64,000 nt of DNA from Convolutriloba macropyga (Eukaryota). Numbering within the stretch: position 1 is the first letter of the stretch; every line of letters begins with the position of its first letter. The notes under the pieces are model-generated. The model was not told the DNA's origin, ran no database searches, and was given only the letters and a program-made list of their open reading frames with translations. The stretch covers positions 20,460,001-20,524,000 of the forward strand of contig NC_134468.1 of the NCBI RefSeq assembly GCF_964194025.1, in the 5' to 3' direction. Positions 32,259 to 46,596 of the stretch are shown one piece after another. A program made the position numbers and the translations under genes.

Positions 32259-34957
32259 TAATTTTCTCCATGACCCTGCATTTAGTTGTTTTTATCACCA
32301 AAAAAATATTTGCTATATAATGGCATGTTTTGTAACAGCGGAGCGGGGGCGTTCCAACGGGACGACGTAACAACTGGACGACAAATTTATAATTAAACAG
32401 TAAATTGCAATACCCCCAAAAATATTTACCTAGTTGACAGGCCCGGGTGGGGGTGGGGGGACAACATTTTCATTGAATGAATTCAACTACCTTCTGCCCT
32501 ATAACAAAGCCAGGTGATACCTCGAACCTTCTTCTGCCGCTTTATCATCGGGAAGTTATTTGTAGCATCTAGCCGTGGTGTCTTCGAAGTCAATTGAAAT
32601 AGCTTTTTCCTGCAGTCAAACAACCCTCTAAATTCTCCTGGATCACATTTACAGGAGATGATCTAGCGAGAGTCAATGACTACCAGATCAACATGTCATA
32701 CAGCAGCAAACTCAGCCCACAAAAAATCTTTTACTATACGTCGGGTAGCGGTTTCACGTTTCAGATACTCCAAAAAGGTGTAGAGCTTTTCAAAAATAAC
32801 CGATATCAGTATTTGAATACAATATGAGTTTTTTAAAGATAGCGTTAATACAATAATTACCTTGTTACTGCGCCTGTTAAGTTTTATGTCCAAATTGATT
32901 TTCAATATCTAAATTTCTTTGATTCAGTTGATTTTGAGTTCGTGCCTCTCAAATTAAACAATTTGAGTTGCTAGCACTTGGGTATATAATGACAGCTGGT
33001 TCTGAGCTGTCCCACATCTTAGAGAAATTGATACTTATTTTCTTCAGCTCTTAGTTCCATGAATCTGGTTTCCATTTTTTGTTCCATATTGTAATCCTAT
33101 CACGCAAGTTTTACATCCTGTCAATCTTTTTCTCTTTAAGGGTTCATTATTCATTTCTGAGAAACTTGTCAAATTATTCCGAAGCTGAAGTGATCAATCA
33201 TTTGCCAATACCCAAAATCTTAATCTTTCGCTTTAACAGGAAGCTTCACCGCGTTTATTTTACAACAAGAGCCGCAAACTGGTTCCCAATGAAAAGAGCT
33301 CCAGGGCATATATCGTCTGCTGACTCAAGACAAACCATGTGCATAGTGAAAAACTGCTTAACCCAAAACAGGAATCAATTTCGGGTTAAGATGGAAGAGC
33401 AATTCGTCTGGTTGACCCAGCAATTGCTATGTAATCCCCTTCAATTTCATATTCAGAGGCACATCCGTCTGTATCTTTTCTCGTTATAGGTATCATGGTG
33501 GAACGATAAATATTATGGGCAGTTAACCCAAATGCAAAGGCTGTGGCGAGACAAAAAACGTTTCATAATCTTCTACCACATTGTTTTGTCAGCAACTTCG
33601 TTTAATAATAAGTTAGAATTTTGGAAAAAGCTTTCGCTAGAGTTAAGCGATCATCTTCTTTTATCTGTTGAGTAGCTAAAGATTGAGGGACTTTGTTAAG
33701 TTTTTGTTTTGGAAAGAAAGCCATCGGTATGAATTCAGTAAATTTGGTCATAATTCAGTTGTGTACTGTAAATTTTCTAAGACTGAGTAGCGATGCGATA
33801 ACTTTTGATTTCAATAGAAAGTGCCAATAGAGAACTTGCAAATTCGTGCTGCAAATTTGTTCTAGGTTTGTTCTGCAAAATCAATTTCGGGTCTCGTACG
33901 TAGAAATATCGCAATCAGGCCATCAGTTTTCTAGATTTTGAATTTATGCCTTTTATAGCTTTATTCAGTGTATTTACATGTTTGTTCTGCTTTTGAATTA
34001 TTTGTTTTTGAGTTTGCTAAACATCTATCAATAGAGATGCTACAATGTTGAATTTATCATTAAATATGTCTCGAAAATCGATCCCTAGTTTTTTATTTTG
34101 CAAAATCAGTATCATCCCAATTTTTCGTTGATCCACTAATCCAATAAAAGGTCCAAATAAAGTTCCGATCAAGCACACGAAACCTGTCTCTTCTCTAACA
34201 GCAGCAAGAGCTCCAAAATCAATCAAGGGGATTCCACGCCGGTTTCTATTAAGTGTATCATATCTCATCAACGTTTCCGAAAAATCTGTTCTCAAGTTTC
34301 GTACATCTGGAAATGCAAGTTAAAATTGTTTCTCAGCAAGGCCAGATAAATAAAAAAATTTAATGAGTTCTCGTTGGTATTCATTTAAGTCAAGTTGCAC
34401 CCGAATTTATAATTGTTTTAACATTGATGAAACTTTTACCGAGTTGAAGATCAAGAATATCTTGTAACAACGGAAGTGGAATTATGATATCTACATTGAT
34501 AAACTCTTCTGTGAGTAATATTTTTTTTGATAAAGAAATTTATTGGCATTTTTGATAATTTTATTGTTGAAATACGCAATTTGGGTAACAAGAAGGAAAG
34601 AAAAAATTTTAAAGTCCATTAAATTTCATTAATCATGAATTTTTTTCTTGTTAGTTGCATGAGCTTTCTAATTCGAAAACTAAAAGAGCAGGACTTAAAT
34701 TTTGGCTTCAGTTGGCCAGAAAAAGCTATCTTAACTGCCTACTTAAAATAAATAAATTTGAAGATGAAATTTGTATTGTTGCCAGACTATAAAATAACAG
34801 AACTCAGTCATTCCGAAATAGCAGTTTCTCTTATAGGGCTAAAATTGCTCACAGGAAGTTAAAACAAAAGAAGATAAATGTAAGGTTTCAAGGCGCAGTG
34901 AGAAAATCGCTGTTAAAAATTTGTACTAAGTAATTGTGTTTTTTTGGTTTTTACTTG

Positions 34958-35392
34958 TGTGGTACGGTGGTATCCTAATTTGAAAAGTAAACTAAATTCT
35001 TAGTTTTCCTGGTGTGAATTAAAGTAAAAATTATTCATAATTGTGTTCACCTAGGTAAAAATATACCTCCAACTATAAAGTCAAGTTTTCAATTGTTTTC
35101 ACGCTCTCCCATTTTATTACTTAAATTAACTTTCATTCTCTTGAGAATATTTCTGAAAATCAGTTGTTATCAATCTCTTCTGTTTTGATACAAGAATAGT
35201 TCACTAAGGATTCGAGACAAAATTCCACGCCAATACAATAGTGTCACACTCATAACACTATTGCTTGATAGAACTGAGAACTGTAATCCTATACTTCACC
35301 GAATATAGTGGATTCGCACCTCGAATCCAAATTCTCTGATTCAACATGCATTTGTGGCTCAAATACATACCTCTGTAGTAGAAGATATTACA
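34958..35392 (+). repeat. 5' LTR
   Basis: TGTGGTAC...GATATTACA, followed by PBS-like TGGCACAGTTAGCA. Confidence 0.93.
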
Positions 35393-36040
35393 TGGCACAG
35401 TTAGCATCTAAAGAACGATTCCTTTTGGGAACAGAACATGTTTTTGGGAACGGCCCACAATGGAATCCCCGTTGAGATAGGAACGTTGGAGAATAATTCT
35501 GAAGTTGGCCATACCCGCTAAAGAAGATATTTCGATCGATATCATACGAGAAGCACCACCAGATAAGGTTAATTTTCCCCCAAACCAATCTATGAAGAAG
35601 ATGTGGACAATAGCACTGCTCAAAACGAAAGGGACCGCAGAATTCGGAACGAACATCTCAAGAATGGTTGGCTCAACAAATGTCAGAAAGATGAAGCGGC
35701 GGGAATATTGTGTGGTGACAGACCATGGAAACTTTGCGAAAACAAAGCTGTGTTGCTCAACTGCCTTAGCCTTGGCATGGAAGGCCGTCGGATATTTGGT
35801 TCTCAAGAAACAACCATTAAAATTGATCAGATCTCGACAAAGGATCTTTGGGAGAGTTTGGATAACGTCTTCACAAAGCAAAGAAATATAACTTTCGATC
35901 GTTATACTTTCCTAACACGAAAACAACTCAAATGAGAACAGGTCAAAAAAATTACGGATGTCTCCGAGAGCTTTTTCTGAATTGTGATCTCTGTAGCCAC
36001 AAGGAATCTATCAGTCTAGACGTTTTTATTGCAAATATGC

Positions 36041-38952
36041 AGGATGGCGAAAAACAGAAATAGTTACTAAACGAAATGAGATCGGCTAAAAAATTATTAG
36101 AAGTGGCAATAAATATCAAGATGGGCATTTAAAATCAATTCAAAATGTCAGAAAAAGTTGCTGATTGAGTTTTGAATCAGGCAGCGAATATGTCAGTCAA
36201 TAGTATTGAAAGCTTTTGGAGCAGACCCAGAAAATCGTCAAATACCTCAAGCCTACAGTTTGCCCTAATTGTGGTTACGGGTGGTCAACTAGTCGTCGTC
36301 AGAACTGTCCTGCTTGAGAAAAAAACGTCACCACTTGTGGAATTGCTAATCATATCCAAAAGATTGCAGAAAGACAAACGTACAATTGAAAACAAAACCA
36401 AGAGTCAACATCTTAGATGATACTATTTATGAAGCCGCAACTATCGGTACTTCTACCTTGACAGAAGAACAAGTAAATCAAATTGAGACGATGTTTCAAC
36501 GACACAGTATTTACGATGCTAAATACAACTCTGATTATGATGAATTTGATGACAATTATGTAGCTGTAATTTCCGATAGTGACAATATCAAAGAAGTGGA
36601 TCCAGTAAATATGCACAATAGCATCGGAAATACAGAGACGAAAGCATTAGTGGTTTCAGGGAGCGCTTGCATCATAATTAACAGAAGTTTAGCAAAAGCA
36701 GTGGTAGTGAATAGTTTAAACACATATGCATCACATGAAACAGCTTATTTCTCAACACTGGATTTGAAATACGCCAACAGTCAATTAAAGTTAGACCCGG
36801 AAAACTCCCGTCATTGTAATTTTAACATTGATAGTGGTAAATTCACAGGTACATATCGCTTTCTGGCCGGATTTTACGGGATATCTGACATGCCAGCAGC
36901 AATCCAAAAAGTAATGGATTATAAATTGTTCGGACTAGATAATACTAATTGTTTTCTAGATGACGTTATAGTAGTTAGTTGTGGACCATAAGAAGATCAA
37001 TTAAGGTAAGTCTATAAAAGTATTAAAAAAATAGACGAAGACTTTTTCAGAAAAAAAACCTACCTAAATGCCACTTCGCTAAAACTGAAATAGATTGGTT
37101 GGGCTATAAAATTATTCAATCTGCTATCGCACCACTTGTGACTAAAACATCTGCAATTCTAAAATTAACAGCACCTAAAAATTTAAAACATTTACAATCA
37201 GTTTTAGGATCTGTACATTATTTTGGTATTTTCATTCTTACTCTTTCTCAATAATGTCATCCAATTCGACCTTAAATTAAAAAGAACACTGAATTTATTT
37301 GGGATAATGAACTTGAAACTCACTTCCAACGTATTAAAGATAACTAGCAAACGCTACAGAGAACACACACTATAATCCACACCTGGAAACCCGTATCGAA
37401 TGCGATGCATCTAGAGCTTGATTAGGGGCTGCATTAGAACAAAGATCACCAACCGGTTGGCATACAGTAGCATTCGCGTCTCGTTTCCTTAGCTAAAGGA
37501 TGGTGAAAAACAGAGAGAGTTACTAAACGAATTGATATCGGCTAAAAAATTATTAGAAGTGGCAATAAATATCGAGAGGGGCATTTGAAATCAATTCAAA
37601 ATGTCAGAAAAAGTTGCTCATTCAGTTTTGAATCAGGCAGCGAATATGTCAGTCAATAATATTCAAAACTTTTGGAACAGACCCAGACAATCGTCAAATA
37701 CCTCAAGCCTACAGTTTGCCCTAATTGTGGTTACGGGTGGTCAACTAGTCATCGTCAGAACTGTCCTGCTCAAGGAAAAAAACTGCACAGCTTGTAGAAT
37801 TGCGAATCTTATCCGAAAGATTGCAGAAATTTAAAAGTACAAATGAAAACAAAACCAAGAGTCAACATCGTAGATGATACTATTTCTGAAGCCGCAACTA
37901 TCGGTACTTCTGCCTTGACAGAAGAACAAGTAAATCAAATTGAGACGATGTTTCAATGACATAGTTTTTACGATGCTAACTACAACTCTGATTATGATGA
38001 ATTTGATGACAATTATGTAGCTGTAATTTCTGATAGTGACAATATCAAAGAAGTGGAACCAGTAAATATGCACATTAGCATCGGAAATACAGAGACGAAA
38101 GCATTAGTGGTTTCAGGGAGCGCTTGCATCATAATTAACAGAAGTTTAGCAAAAGCAGTGGTAGTGAATAGTTTAAACACAAATGCATCACATGAAACAG
38201 CTTATTTCTCAACACTGGATTTGAAATACGCCAACAGTCAATTAAAGTTAGACCCGGAAAACTCCCGTCATTGTAATTTTAACATTGATTGTGGTAAATT
38301 CACAGGTATATATTGCTTTCTTGCCGGATTTTACGGGATAACTGACATGCCAACAGCAATCCAAAAAGTAATGGATTTCAAATTATTCGGAGTAAATAAT
38401 ACTAATTGTTTTCTAGATGACGTTATAGTAGTTAGTCGTGGATCAAAAGAAGATCAATTAAGGTAAGTCTATAAAAGTCTTAAAAAATAGACGAAGACTT
38501 TTTCAGAAAAAAAACCTACCCGAATGCCACTTCGCTAAAACTGAAATAGATTGGTTGGGCTGTAAAATTATTCAATCTGCTATCGCACCACTTGTGACTA
38601 AAACATCTGCAATTCTAAAACTAACAGCACCTAAAAATTTAAAACAATTACAATCAGTTTTAGGATCTGTACATTATTTTGGTATTTTCATTCTTAATCT
38701 TTCTCAATAATGTCATCCAATTCGACCTTAAATTAAAAAGAACACTGAATTTATTTGGGATAATGAACTTGAAACTCACTTCCAACGTATTAAAGATAAC
38801 TAGCAAACGCTACAGAGAACACACACTATAATCCACACCTGGAAACCCGTATCGAATGCGATGCATCTAGAGCTTGATTAGGGGCTGCATTAGAACAAAG
38901 ATCACCAACCGTTTTGCATACAGTAGCTTTTGCGTCTCGTTTCCTTAGTTAA
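36041..38952 (+). repeat. Tandem duplication (~1456-bp unit) of gag-end/PR/RT/RNase H inside the Gypsy element
   Basis: AGGATGG(C/T)GAAAAACAGA at 36041 and 37497; paralogous ORFs 36386/38053 and 36172/37601. Confidence 0.95.
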
Positions 38953-41943
38953 AATGAAGAAAGCTATTGCGTCAATGAATTAGAATTATTAGCAATGGTT
39001 TGGTCTATAGATTATTTTAAATAGTAGTTGTTTGTTAAATCATTCACAATTACTGCAGATCATCGGGCATAATTTTCAGTCGTGAAAAAACCCAGATCAA
39101 ACAAATCATACAACAGTCGTTTAACTCGTTGGGTGGATCGCTTATTACCTTTTGATTTTAGTTTTGAGAATATACCAGGCGCGAAAATGGGGCGGGTAGA
39201 TTATTTTTTTGAGCAAAAGTTACAGACAAGTATGATGAGGAATTTGCGGTTGCAACAATTATCCGCATATAGGACACAATTGCAGCAAATACCGCACCCC
39301 AAAATTGTCAATCACAGCACTTTAACCACTTGAATCAAACACATTCCCGACGTTCCTCAATATTCCACCAAACAAACCATACCAAATTGCTTTCTGCCTT
39401 TAATCTGCGCACAAATCTGTAGCTTTTTTCTCACTCTGTAAACGCAGCAAAAATCCAGTCTTTCAATAATTCAGTCATGATTACCTCAAATTCATCTCTA
39501 CAAACCCCACCAACATCTGCAACCAGCAGAGTAACATTTCAATCTACTCCAAATTCGGTGGTAAATTCCACGCGTTCATCAAACGAGCGCCTAATGTCAA
39601 ACAAAATGGAATTTTCAGGAGAGGTATTTAAAATCAATTTGACCCAGGTGTTCACAAAAGGATTTCTTGCGGTGCTAACGAGTAGGTATGCAGTTATGAA
39701 AGAAGTCAGGGATTGCATTCTCCAAGGAGACAAACAAAGATGTACGGAGGTCAGCCCCTATCTACATTTGCATTGAAGAGAACTGCACGCTTGTTCGGGA
39801 TGAGTCGCACTGCACGCTTGTGTGCACGAATGTGTGGCCATACCACACTCCATACAAGATGCGGTTCTTGAATCACTGCATCTCACACACCCAGGCATTT
39901 GGGGTAAGATTACCCTGGGTCAATACGCATTCTGGCTCTATATAAATAGGGAACTTCTCATTAAGGCTGCACAGTGCAAACCATGCGCTGAGATTGGTAA
40001 AAATCTTAAACCAGTCATTCCAGCGGCGAAATGGCAACCTTTGATAAATTGTTCAGAACCTGACGAATAAATTCAGCTAGAGTTTGGCGGACCAATTACA
40101 AGTGAAAAAGATCAAGATATACATTTCCTTGCATGTATTGACAGATTCTCTTAGCATCCCACATTACAGGTCTTTGATAAAGCTAACGGACTTAATGTAA
40201 TCAAATTTCTTGACAAATATATACAAACACATGGGGTTCCTCGAAAAGTAAGATTAGATCAATCACGTTGTTTAATAGGATATAAAGCTAAAAACTTTTG
40301 TAAACAAAATAATATTAACATAATTACCGCTCAAGCTAACGATCGCAGGGCTAATGGATTAGTAGAGCGTTTGATACAAACAGTTAAAAGGCAACTAAGT
40401 TGCATGAAATTAGCTAATAAAAATAGCACATTCAGAATTAAAGTGTCAATAAAGTCAATAGTGTAACAATTACGTACATGCAGCAAAAGACTATAAATGT
40501 AACACCTTTCCAAACATCTTTTGGAGGAAAATCAAACACACTACTTTGTACTTAGAAATATAAGTACAATAGCAAAGTCATCTAATCAGTTATATGAAAA
40601 TATTCTCAATCACTATATAGACACAGACACAGTCCCAGTCGCGCTATATCCTACACCCGAATTTGACAAGTGCGATACCCCGTACGGAAAAGCTACAACA
40701 GTTAAAATGGCCAGAAATGTCTCCAAACGATCGAAGCGAGATTTGCGAGGCCGTTGGGGGACTTAAGCGCTCGGAAGTACAGTCGTACGCCCATAACCTA
40801 GAACGTTAGCTCTCAAAGAGCCAGGAGTAGCAGAAGTGATGGCGTGCATTAGTGATGTCGCGAAATTTTGAACACGGGCAGAGCGAAATACGTCACTGTG
40901 GCAATACGCCAAAAGACTCCCACTTCCGTACGACAAGACGACAGAACAAAAGATTGCACAGTATTCCAAGGAACTTAAGAAAAAATACAGAGAGGATATA
41001 AAGATAAGCCACCGACAAGCTGATAATGCATCCGGAATTTCTTCAGCAAAAAACAATATTTCGAAGGCCATGTCGTCTCGAAAACCGAAAAAACCTCAAG
41101 CAGGAACAAGTCGTTCAGACAAGTCATCTGTTACACCAATTACCTCAGCAGCTTCTTGAATAGCAGCCTCTTCAGCAGTCTCTTCGATTGCAAGTCCGAC
41201 GACCACAAAGGAAAAGAGGAACCGTAAAGCTTCGGAGTACTTTGGATTTGAGAGCTCAGTATGCCCTGTTAGTGATGCTGAGACATACCAGCACCAAAAC
41301 GCCAAAAATTTAACAAACCCGTAGTTGAATCAGTTATACAAGAGGAGGCTTTAAATCAACAGCAGTCGAAACTTTTCGTGTTATCAGTTGTGAGCTCAGC
41401 AGACCCTCGTATTTGCCCGCTCGGAACTTCGCCTCCTTAAGAATATGATAATGCAGACTATGAACATGAAGTCAGAATGACCGTTTTTGATACCGAAACC
41501 CAAAATTAAAAAAAAATTCATTTGCTCTGTAGCAATAATCAGTAATATCAAAACTTCCCAGTTTGGAATTTCTATCTCGTCTTTAGTTTTAAACTTTAAT
41601 TTATTTTTTGTTGAATTCATTTTTATTGTTAAAATTATGTTGTGAATGAAAATATTTCATGTTCATTCAATAGAATTGTCTGTTAGTTTGAATGGTATTA
41701 TATCTGTGCTGCATTTGCCTCTTAATTTACGCCATTGGTTTAATTTTGTTTGTAAACGTTAATTGTTTACATGTTCGTTAACCTAACTTGGAAAGCCATT
41801 GCAATTCTAATTGTCCTGTTACTGTTGAAATTCTAGTCGCCATTGTAAGTGATAAAGTAATAGTTATACTACTTTTTATATATGTTGTTTATATTTTAAA
41901 ATTTTATAACTTGCAGTTTAAAATTTTGTCAAAGCCGGGGATA

Positions 41944-42383
41944 TGTGGTACGTTTGTACCCTAATTTGAAAATACTAAAATACTAAAATTTTGGTTGCCC
42001 TTGTGTTAGTTAAGTTAAATTTTTTAAATATTTCTGTTTAGCTAGGTAAAACTTTACCTCTGACTATAAAGTCTAGTTTTCAGTTGTGTTCACGCTCTCC
42101 CATTTTATTACTTAAAATAACTTTCATTCTCTTAACATTTTTTCTGAACACCAGTTGTTCTCAATCTCTTCTGTTTTGATACAAGAATAGTTCACTAAGG
42201 ATTCGAGACAGAATTCCACAACAACAGATTAGTGTCACACTCGTACCACTATTGCTTGTTAGAACTGAGAACTGTAATCCTATACTTCACCGAATATAGT
42301 GGATTTACACCTCGAATCCAACTTCTCTGAATCAACACGAATTTCTGGCTCAAATATATACCTCTGTAGTAGAAGATATCACA
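41944..42383 (+). repeat. 3' LTR
   Basis: TGTGGTAC...GATATCACA, preceded by PPT-like AAAGCCGGGGA. Confidence 0.93.
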
Positions 42384-43361
42384 ACTTGTATTGTACGACT
42401 TTTATTGAAACACAACTTAAATAAATAATGGGTTTTTGCATGTCATCTTTCAAATCGACATATATTTTTGTTCTAATTTATTTAGAACTAAAATTAAGTA
42501 TGATGCAGAGCCAGAGGTTCCGTTTTGTCAAGGCAATAAGTCCCTCATTAAAAATGGTTTTGTGATGTTTTTAACTGACAAGTTGGTGTGGCCTTGTGGT
42601 GACTTTGTTGCTGTTGTTGACGGTTACTCTTCGGTGCTGGGCTGGGTGATCGGGTTAATACTTTTCTTTATTTCTGGGCTCTTTTCCAGCAATAATTGCT
42701 CTAGTGACTGTTAATGAGTGTCGTTATTATATTAAGTTTTCATTAAAGCAAAATAGGGAGCTCAAAAATTGATAACAGTGACTTTTTTTGAGATCAAATG
42801 GCAATTATCCGCTGTAACTTTAATTTGAGGCATGTTCACGAATTCAAATTTTTAGTGACGATTATAGAATTGCAAATAAGATAAAAATCACTTGGTTGGC
42901 AACCAGTAGCCGTAGTCAATATAAAACAGTCAACCGACTGGCTTCAATTTACCAGTAAATTAATATCAGCAGGATATTTGAAATACGTAAGAAAAGATTG
43001 GGCGAAATTTATCATCGTAATCACAAATTGTTGGTTACTCGAGCTAAATCTGGATTTTGTTTCTTTGTTAAATGATGAGAATAGCAAGTCAGATTTTCGT
43101 ACGAACTTTAATAAGCGTTTCAATTTGCCATCAAAATAATTTACGGTGGACAAGAATCTTGCTTGCATTCAAAATTGGAAAGATCAGGAAAAAAATTGCA
43201 CAGTCGTTCACGGTGTCATAGTATGACTCATCAAGTATCTCAACGTACAAAGCTCCATCTTGTTTAAAACAAACAAAATGGGACGCTGTTTTTCAATACG
43301 GTTGTTGGTGGACTATTCGGCATATTGAAACAGAAGGGTATTGTAATGGTCACATTGAAAT

Positions 43362-43940
43362 AGGGGTAAATTGTATCAAAAATTGATTAAACGTTCAATC
43401 TTGAGCTTTTTGAAGCTTTTGTTCCCTTTTATATGGCGGAATCTGTTACAGTGTTAACAACAACTTTAAACACCTCATTCAGTTTGGTACGCCAAAACAC
43501 AGAGTACAGACACGGGAAAAATAACTATCTGCATAAAAAACATAATTGACTCAAATTAAATAATAATCTAGTCAGTTTGTAATAATTGGGTGATTTCGGA
43601 TTTGCACCAGTTGCACCAGTAAATAGCACCAGTTTTAGATTGCTAAAACTTTTTAAAAAACCTGTCAATTGATTACTAATATTTTTTTATTAACGCATTG
43701 TTTCAATGTCAAAACTGTAAGATTGCGCAATAAACCGAAAATTTAAACGAAGTAATCTCAAATAATTTCAATCAGATTTCCTTGATTTTAATTCTTACAC
43801 GTTCAATTGACGATTTTTCAAAATTTACATCTGATGGTCCCGAAAGTAATAATTCAGATAAATGTTTTCTATTACTTCCCAAAACCTGATTTTATTTTGT
43901 GCTAGTCCAGTTTACGTGAACATGCAGCATTAACCTCAAG
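43362..43940 (-). repeat. DNA-transposon end (possibly Kolobok-like), inverted copy of 46597-47160
   Basis: ~575-bp reverse-complement match ending GCATTAACC. Confidence 0.7.
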
Positions 43941-45099
43941 CGCTGGGATATCATTTGCGTGGTGTTGGGTAGGGTGTAACTTGAAATGTTTCAGCAAGGC
44001 TGAGCGTACAATTAGAAATAATGGAACGGGAATTAGACATGAAGGGTTTAAGACAATTTTAATCTTTGCTGGAACTGATGACAGGCTTCAAATATGCCAA
44101 CAACCGGATAATATGCCAAAAAAATTGTAGGAAGTGGATTAACAGAACTTTTGTATGCGTTTACACCGTCTGGTCAGTCATCAAAAACAAGTGGTAATAA
44201 TTCCGAATAAAACGTGGGCGGAAACCGGGTGTTGACGGTGCGAGTAAACGAATGAATAGATTTTTCAAATTTCCAGCGAAAAAAGAAAAATATGAGGCAG
44301 AATGAGCTGAAGAAGAAGGTTGAAACAAAATAAGAAATGTTAAAACTGTAATACTATATTTTATATGTGTATGTTATTTAGGACAGTGGATAAATTAAAT
44401 AAAGAAATTCTCCGAGCGCAAATACGTAGCAATTTGTGCTGAAATCTTAATTTGCGAGCACTGCTCATTGCTACTCGAATACAAGCACTGCCTGGGAGTT
44501 ACGGCCATTACGGATATAGTTGTTTCAAAATGGTTTTCAAATACATTGAGTCATGCAGAAGGACATGACTCGTTCTTAATAAGGTACAACCAGAGGTTCA
44601 AATTGTTCACCTTTTAGGTACTGAGTAAAGGCTATGTAGGATATTAGATACTAAACGATAGGTAAGGACAACAACTCTTATCTAGATTTTTCAATTTTTG
44701 TCTCTCAAAGGAGTTTTTAAATTCTTCTGTAACAATATGTATAAGCACACTAATTGATTGTGAGAATTGGAAGTTTCAAGCTATGAAACTAAAGAATAAC
44801 CCAAAATACTTCTAATGTGCTGCGGTAAATTGGAATGGATTACACATATTAATGCGTTCCACTTTCTTGAGTACACATTAATGTAATACGTTCAGTAATG
44901 CGCTATATCAAGTTGTTTCAATCTAATGTTTTCAGAGTTAATATTGTGTTCAATATGAGTCATTGCTTTTTGATGGTTTTCTCCATGAGGACAAAATCTA
45001 GTAAGCAAACGAAAAGAAAATATGGATGATAATAAGACTATACAAAAGTAACACATGAGAGGTAATTACGTAATTGAAAGTAACATAATTCAATCTCAC

Positions 45100-46560
45100 C
45101 TTGTCGTAAATGTGATAAAATCAAGATTCATTTATCAGAAGAAAAAAAGTGTGTTTGTTTTCTTTCACGACCATACCGTGTGTAATGTTAGCAACTTTTG
45201 TCCAGTTTTTGAAAATTTTTTCAACTGGCTGTACGACTGAATGTATTTGTGTAGGTTGAGAGAATTTCGGAGAGGTTGATGGCTGTTGCTCTGTTTTTTT
45301 TTTGTTTTCATTGCTCACGTTTTTTTGCTATAAATGCTAGTTTAGACGTTGGTGGTTGCATGGACGTTGCGTTGGGGTTAAACTGATGTTGACTCTGAGG
45401 TTGGTGTAATGTAGTGCTAACGTGTTAGAGATTGTGTCGATGTTTGAGGGCTATTGGTAGATTAGGGGTTGTTTCTCTGGAATTTGTAAGTGCTTCTGGT
45501 TGTAGTTATGCTGTTGTTGACGAAGTAGGGTCTGTCTGATGGTGGCAGTTTTTGCTGTCGGACGAAATAATAACAGGAAGATATTTTCTAAGCGTATATC
45601 GAAGAGTTGTGTTTCTCTTAGTGTTTCTGGGATTAAAGGGTCTGCAAGGATTTTTTGATCATCAATGTAAATATTATCTGCAATTTTAAAATCTGGTTTT
45701 ATTGGTTTCAACCTGATTTTATGAACAGTTTGGAAATAATTTGTTTTTGTTTTCCGTATGAGGTAGTTGCTTCTTGTCAGAACTTTTTCAACACTGTAGA
45801 TGTCTGTCTATTTGCCTTGTAATTTTCCTTAATTTCTCGTGTTCTGTTGTTATTAGCGTACGGAGTAACATACAATTTTCATGTACTTTCAACGAACGGT
45901 GTGTAGCGTTTGCTTTTCTATCATATTAATCTTTTCTCTGCTTTTCTATCTAATATGGGAAGCAACCAAATTTTCCAATGTTATAGCAAAGGTGTTTGTG
46001 CACAACTTCAATCGGGCAAAACTTGGAGACAACTTCAGTTGTGTCAAAAGTTGGAGATGGCTAAGATTTGATTGAATCAAAAGTTGGTTGATTGAAAGAA
46101 TTGAAGGAATAGATGTGAATTGAAGTTGTGCATAAATAGTTTACAGAGGCTACAGCCACATTGAATTCACTATTCAATCTTCTCCTGTCGCCATCGTATT
46201 TTGTACATTCTATTGAGAATCTGGCTACTTTGTAATTAAGGTCTTCGGACGAATAGTGAATTCGATGTCTCTATACTCTTTGTAAAATATTTGTGCCCAA
46301 CTTCAATTCAGTTCTATTCCTTCTCTTCTTTTCATCAAACAACTCTTCACCAACTCCAATTTTTTGCTGCAATATTTTCCCTATTTTACAATTTCTATCC
46401 AATAGCACTAAAAAGTTTGAATTGAATAATAAAAATCATCTTGTTCAATCAAGTTGAACTATCAAACCACACCTTCAATGATATCAAAAATCAATTCAGG
46501 TTTTCTGGATTTTTCATGATCGACCTCAAATTTTGTTTGTTTTTTTTTGGTCATGACACC
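45100..46560 (-). pseudogene. Degenerate Gypsy-like gag and integrase C-terminal fragment
   Basis: Minus strand IYSVEKVLTRSNYLIRKTKTNYFQTVHKIRLKP resembles the GPY/F-type integrase tail. Confidence 0.5.
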
Positions 46561-46596
46561 CATTGTTCTGAATTGTCCCATGTCTTATGATATCCC

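Larger units (their letters stand above)
34958..42383 (+). mobile_element. Full-length decayed Ty3/Gypsy LTR retrotransposon
   Basis: Two TG..CA LTRs; TSD ACTTG at 34953-34957 and 42384-42388; gag, protease remnant, RT (LDLKYA, FLDD), RNase H (CDAS, NELELLA) and integrase (HLTHPG..CKPC) in Gypsy order, with many stops. Confidence 0.95.

Noticed and set aside
32615-34310. Exon-like segments upstream of FARSA, including ORFs 33079-33489 and 34017-34295
   Set aside because: No recognisable family, stops in the plausible frames and no consistent gene model.
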